Assembly (NCBI GenBank): GCA_041744795.1
Contig: JBGTKD010000044.1
Location: forward strand, 1 to 59,820
DNA: 59,820 nt
From: Acidimicrobiia bacterium
Lineage (GTDB): Bacteria; Actinomycetota; Acidimicrobiia; Spongiisociales; ZC4RG35
Direction: 5' to 3'
The notes beneath the pieces are model-generated. The model was not told the origin of the DNA. It saw nothing but the letters and a program-made list of their open reading frames with translations, and did not search any database. A program made the position numbers and the translations under genes. Below are positions 56,735 to 59,820 of the stretch, piece by piece. Numbering within the stretch: the first letter of the stretch is position 1; each line of letters opens with the position of its first letter.

Positions 56735-57349
56735 TCAGAGTAGGGCGCTGAGACTCGGGGGGATAGAGAAAGCCGTGACCGGTCGCATGGCCCGGGCGGC
56801 AATCCCATGAAGTGTGCCGGTGGCAGCTATCTCGACGAAAGCCTCAACTACCAGTGGGTCGAATTGGGTCCCGGCGCAACGGGCGATCTCTTCGAGTGCC
56901 CAATCGACCGGAAGTGCGGGCTGGTATGAACGGTGCGAAGTGATGGCGTCAAAGGCGTCGGCCACGAGCACCACCCTGGATAGCAGGGGGATTTCGTCTT
57001 TGGACAAACCGTATGGGTATCCGCTCCCGTCGTAACGCTCATGGTGGTGGAGGATGGATTCGGCGACGGCGCGATCAAAGAGGTCAACGGTCATCGCAAA
57101 CCCGAATTCGGGATGACGGCGCATGCGGGTCTGTTCGGCGGCGTCGAGCGGGCCCGGTTTGGCGATGATCGCCGGGTCTACATGGATCTTGCCGACGTCG
57201 TGGAGGACACCGACAGTCGTCAATCGATCGACATCTGACTCCTCGAGTCCCATGTGGCGTCCGAGAGTGGCGGCGACGGCGCTTACGCGATGGACGTGGC
57301 CGTATAAGTCCTCAACCGTGCTTTCCATTGCTGCGAGCAGCGTGTCCAT
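56735..57349 (-). CDS. Stand-alone HD-GYP phosphodiesterase
   Basis: GHVHRV, LHDVGKI, HP..G, HHERYDGSGYP.GL, ADAFDA, GTQFDP; SD GAAGGA before ATG 57349. Confidence 0.88.
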   Translation of the reverse strand: MDTLLAAMESTVEDLYGHVHRVSAVAATLGRHMGLEESDVDRLTTVGVLHDVGKIHVDPAIIAKPGPLDAAEQTRMRRHPEFGFAMTVDLFDRAVAESILHHHERYDGSGYPYGLSKDEIPLLSRVVLVADAFDAITSHRSYQPALPVDWALEEIARCAGTQFDPLVVEAFVEIAATGTLHGIAARAMRPVTAFSIPPSLSALL

Positions 57350-57488
57350 AGTGTCCTTCGCCCGTCGGATAGTCAGTCCCCGCCGAACATGGTTCGTTAC
57401 GCCCTTGTGGATAACCATAAGTCCATCGACCTAATTTGAGGGAACTGTAGGCGGCTTTGGTTACGGGATGGGCATCAGTGGTGGAGCC

Positions 57489-58283
57489 TCAACGTGCTTG
57501 AAGCCGCTGTATGTACGTCTCGACAGCTTCAAGATGTGCCGGCGTGGCGTGGGCGATTGCCTGGATGGCGGCTGTGAGATCGAGAAACCCAGCCAGATCC
57601 ATTGTCCGGGAGTGACGGAGCAGTCGCTTTGTAAGACGAAGTGAATGGGTGGGCTTCGAGGCGATCTCGTTCGCCAACGTATCTACTCGGGCAGTCAGGT
57701 CCTGTGGGGTGACAACTTCGAGCAGCACGCCGATCTCGCGTGCTTCCTCCGCATCGATCATCCGAGCTGTGAAGGCGAGCTCTGCGGCCTTCTGCCAACC
57801 GACTACGCGGGGAAGCAACCACGCTCCACCGTCGCCCGGAATGATCCCCAGATCCACAAAGGTGTGGGCGAAGCGGGCGTCGGTGGAGCCGATACGCAGG
57901 TCACAACCGAGAACCATGTCGAATCCTGCGCCTACTGCAGGCCCGTTGACGGAGGCGATCGTCACAAGATCGGTCGACGCAAGAGTCGTGGTCAGCGTCT
58001 GGATCGAATCCCGATAACGCTCTGCGATTTGTTCAGGATTACCAGCGAACATGCCGGAGCGGTTGGCCATGTCCTTGACATTGCCCCCCGCGGAGAACGC
58101 GGGACCTTCAGCGTCGAGGACGAGAACGGTTACGACCGGATCTGCTTTGGCTTGGGCGAAGGCGTCCCGGATCTCTTGGAGGATGCGATCGCCCGACAAG
58201 GCGTTGCGAATCTCAGGACGGGCCAATGTCAGTCTGGCGATGGCACCGTCAATCCGGAACCGGGTGTCATGGCGCTGAGTCAG
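57489..58283 (-). CDS. Enoyl-CoA hydratase/isomerase family protein
   Basis: DGAIARLTLARPEIRNAL, AFSAGG, VNGPAVGAG, GIIPGDGG; the conserved N-terminus extends past TTG 58226 to CTG 58283. Confidence 0.88.
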   Translation of the reverse strand: MTQRHDTRFRIDGAIARLTLARPEIRNALSGDRILQEIRDAFAQAKADPVVTVLVLDAEGPAFSAGGNVKDMANRSGMFAGNPEQIAERYRDSIQTLTTTLASTDLVTIASVNGPAVGAGFDMVLGCDLRIGSTDARFAHTFVDLGIIPGDGGAWLLPRVVGWQKAAELAFTARMIDAEEAREIGVLLEVVTPQDLTARVDTLANEIASKPTHSLRLTKRLLRHSRTMDLAGFLDLTAAIQAIAHATPAHLEAVETYIQRLQAR

Positions 58284-59017
58284 AGATAAGCCTTGACGAG
58301 CTCGAGTGCCCGTTGAGCGCTTTCGCCGGTGGCCTTAAGACGCGTCTTGTCCGGGGTGGTGCGACGAACGGCCAGCCTGGCCCAATCCGAGGCGTTGCCT
58401 TTGATCAGGTTCTCGGCCTCTGGGGGCCCGTAGGTCCACTTCACGTAGCCGGGGCCGATCACTTCCACCCGTACCGGGGCGAAATCCTCGCCAGCGGACT
58501 TGAAGGCATAGGGGAGGGCCTTCCAACCGAGGAAGCAGATATGGCGGATGCGGGGGGTGTCTTCGACTTCCTCGCCGATGGTGGCGTAGATGTCGAGTCC
58601 GTGCGCCCAAGTCTCCATGAGTCGGAGCGTGGCGAGGGTCTTGGCACTCATGTCACCCTGGATCCATTCGACCCTCTCTGTCTCTCTCATATGGGAGAGG
58701 GGTTCGACCACCGTCGCCCGTCCGCCTCGCCACCATTCGATCACGTCTTGGGGTCGCATGTGGCGTCCCCTTACGACGGCTTCTTGGCGGAGAGCGTCGA
58801 GGTCGGGTGCCGATCGGTAACGCGAGAGGTCGGCGGTGCCGGCTATCACCTGGCTGGCGAGTTCCTCGTAATCGGCGAGGTGTGAAATGGTGTCGCGGAT
58901 CGACCAACCTTTGGCTGAAGTCGGGCGATCCCAGTCTTTGAGCGAGATTCGTTGCAGGTACTGGTCGAGAAACTGCTGTTCGGCGACCAGGTCGGAGAGG
59001 ATTTCGCGCACGGTCAC
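58280..59017 (-). CDS. Mycothiol-dependent maleylpyruvate isomerase (MDMPI) family metalloprotein
   Basis: DL.AE, W..PT...GWSIRD.ISHLA, RLMETWAHG.D, RIRHI. Confidence 0.85.
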   Translation of the reverse strand: MTVREILSDLVAEQQFLDQYLQRISLKDWDRPTSAKGWSIRDTISHLADYEELASQVIAGTADLSRYRSAPDLDALRQEAVVRGRHMRPQDVIEWWRGGRATVVEPLSHMRETERVEWIQGDMSAKTLATLRLMETWAHGLDIYATIGEEVEDTPRIRHICFLGWKALPYAFKSAGEDFAPVRVEVIGPGYVKWTYGPPEAENLIKGNASDWARLAVRRTTPDKTRLKATGESAQRALELVKAYL

Positions 59018-59119
59018 CGGATTTTAGTGCGAGATTTCACCCTCACGTTCGTCGAGGGCCGGATTCTGCGGTTTGGGGCCACTTTGCTGGTTGCCGAGCG
59101 GGCTGGCGACGAGGCCGGT

Positions 59120-59820
59120 TCACCACTCCCGATCGGCTTGTTCGTCGGTGAATGGGGCGGGCGGGTGGACCTCGCCGACGGGGGGAGCGTGTTCGTTGAG
59201 GCGATTGATCAGCAGACGGAGTGCGCCGAACTGGCGACGATCGAAGTGGAGCGACAAACGCTGCATGTCTAGTGCATCGCCGTCGCGAATCTCTGCGGGC
59301 GTTGGCTCGATCGCCTCAATACGTCCCGTGACGACGATGTCTGAGAACTCATCGTTCAACTCTTCGATGAGTTCTGACGGTGGGACCGCTGCCATTCGGA
59401 GCACCAGCCTGCCGTCCACGTATCGCTGGGAGTGATAGTTCGCATAGAAGCGACAGATCTCCTCGGCGGCTGCTTCTGGGTCTGTGGTGAATGAGAACAG
59501 ATTTAAATCCAGGGGAGAGATCAGTCCCTTGTCGACGAGCACTTCGGAAGCGAAATCAAGGATTGGCTGCCAGTAGCCCGATCCCTCTGCCTCGATCATC
59601 ACGATCGGGTGAAGGTCGCTCTTGCCTGTCTGGATGAGGGTGAGAAGTTCGAACGTCTCGTCGAGGGTGCCGAATCCTCCAGGGAAGAGGGCAAATGCGT
59701 GTGACTCCTTGACGAACCCGAGTTTGCGCGTGAAGAAGTACTTGAAGTTGACGGTTCGTTGGGGGAGGAGGTATTCGTTGGCGGCCGCCTCGAACGGCAA
59801 GCGGATGTTCACCCCGTAGC
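59120..59820 (-). CDS. LOG/SLOG family protein (5' end outside the window)
   Basis: NI.LPFE...N, FKYFFTRK, FPGGFGTLDE.FE.LTL.QTGK. Confidence 0.9.
   Translation of the reverse strand, partial: YGVNIRLPFEAAANEYLLPQRTVNFKYFFTRKLGFVKESHAFALFPGGFGTLDETFELLTLIQTGKSDLHPIVMIEAEGSGYWQPILDFASEVLVDKGLISPLDLNLFSFTTDPEAAAEEICRFYANYHSQRYVDGRLVLRMAAVPPSELIEELNDEFSDIVVTGRIEAIEPTPAEIRDGDALDMQRLSLHFDRRQFGALRLLINRLNEHAPPVGEVHPPAPFTDEQADREW

Noticed and set aside
57384-57396. SOS-box-like CGAAC-ATG-GTTCG
   Set aside because: The spacer is 3 nt rather than the required 4.

Overview
GC-rich (roughly 60-65% by eye), densely coding chromosomal segment with about 55 CDS. It is most consistent with an Actinomycetota (probably Acidimicrobiia-like) genome, inferred from Gram-positive LexA boxes, frequent leaderless TANNNT-N6/7-start promoters, and F420 (cofG/cofH) and mycothiol-dependent genes. 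I see no rRNA, tRNA, CRISPR array, prophage or IS. Housekeeping and metabolic content includes ettA, Fpg/Nei, icmF, ABC exporters, a TetR-controlled acyl-CoA carboxylase/dehydrogenase/CitE cluster, cofG-cofH and assorted oxidoreductases. Most notable: (1) two adjacent ECF sigma/anti-sigma cassettes (5.3-12.8 kb), each with its own repeated promoter motif, in which the putative anti-sigma sensory domain recurs as a paralogue in a co-regulated stand-alone protein; (2) a split SOS mutasome, with imuA'-imuB and DUF222/HNH-dnaE2 each behind a LexA box, the second embedded in a perfect 19-bp inverted repeat; (3) unusual fusions: RNase HI-SLOG, AroQ-alpha/beta hydrolase, and CofH carrying a decayed CofG-like domain; (4) several genes whose best start appears non-canonical (GTC, ATC, CTG); (5) a PafBC-type promoter before an unknown small CxxC protein. 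All family assignments come from motif recognition by eye, not database searches.
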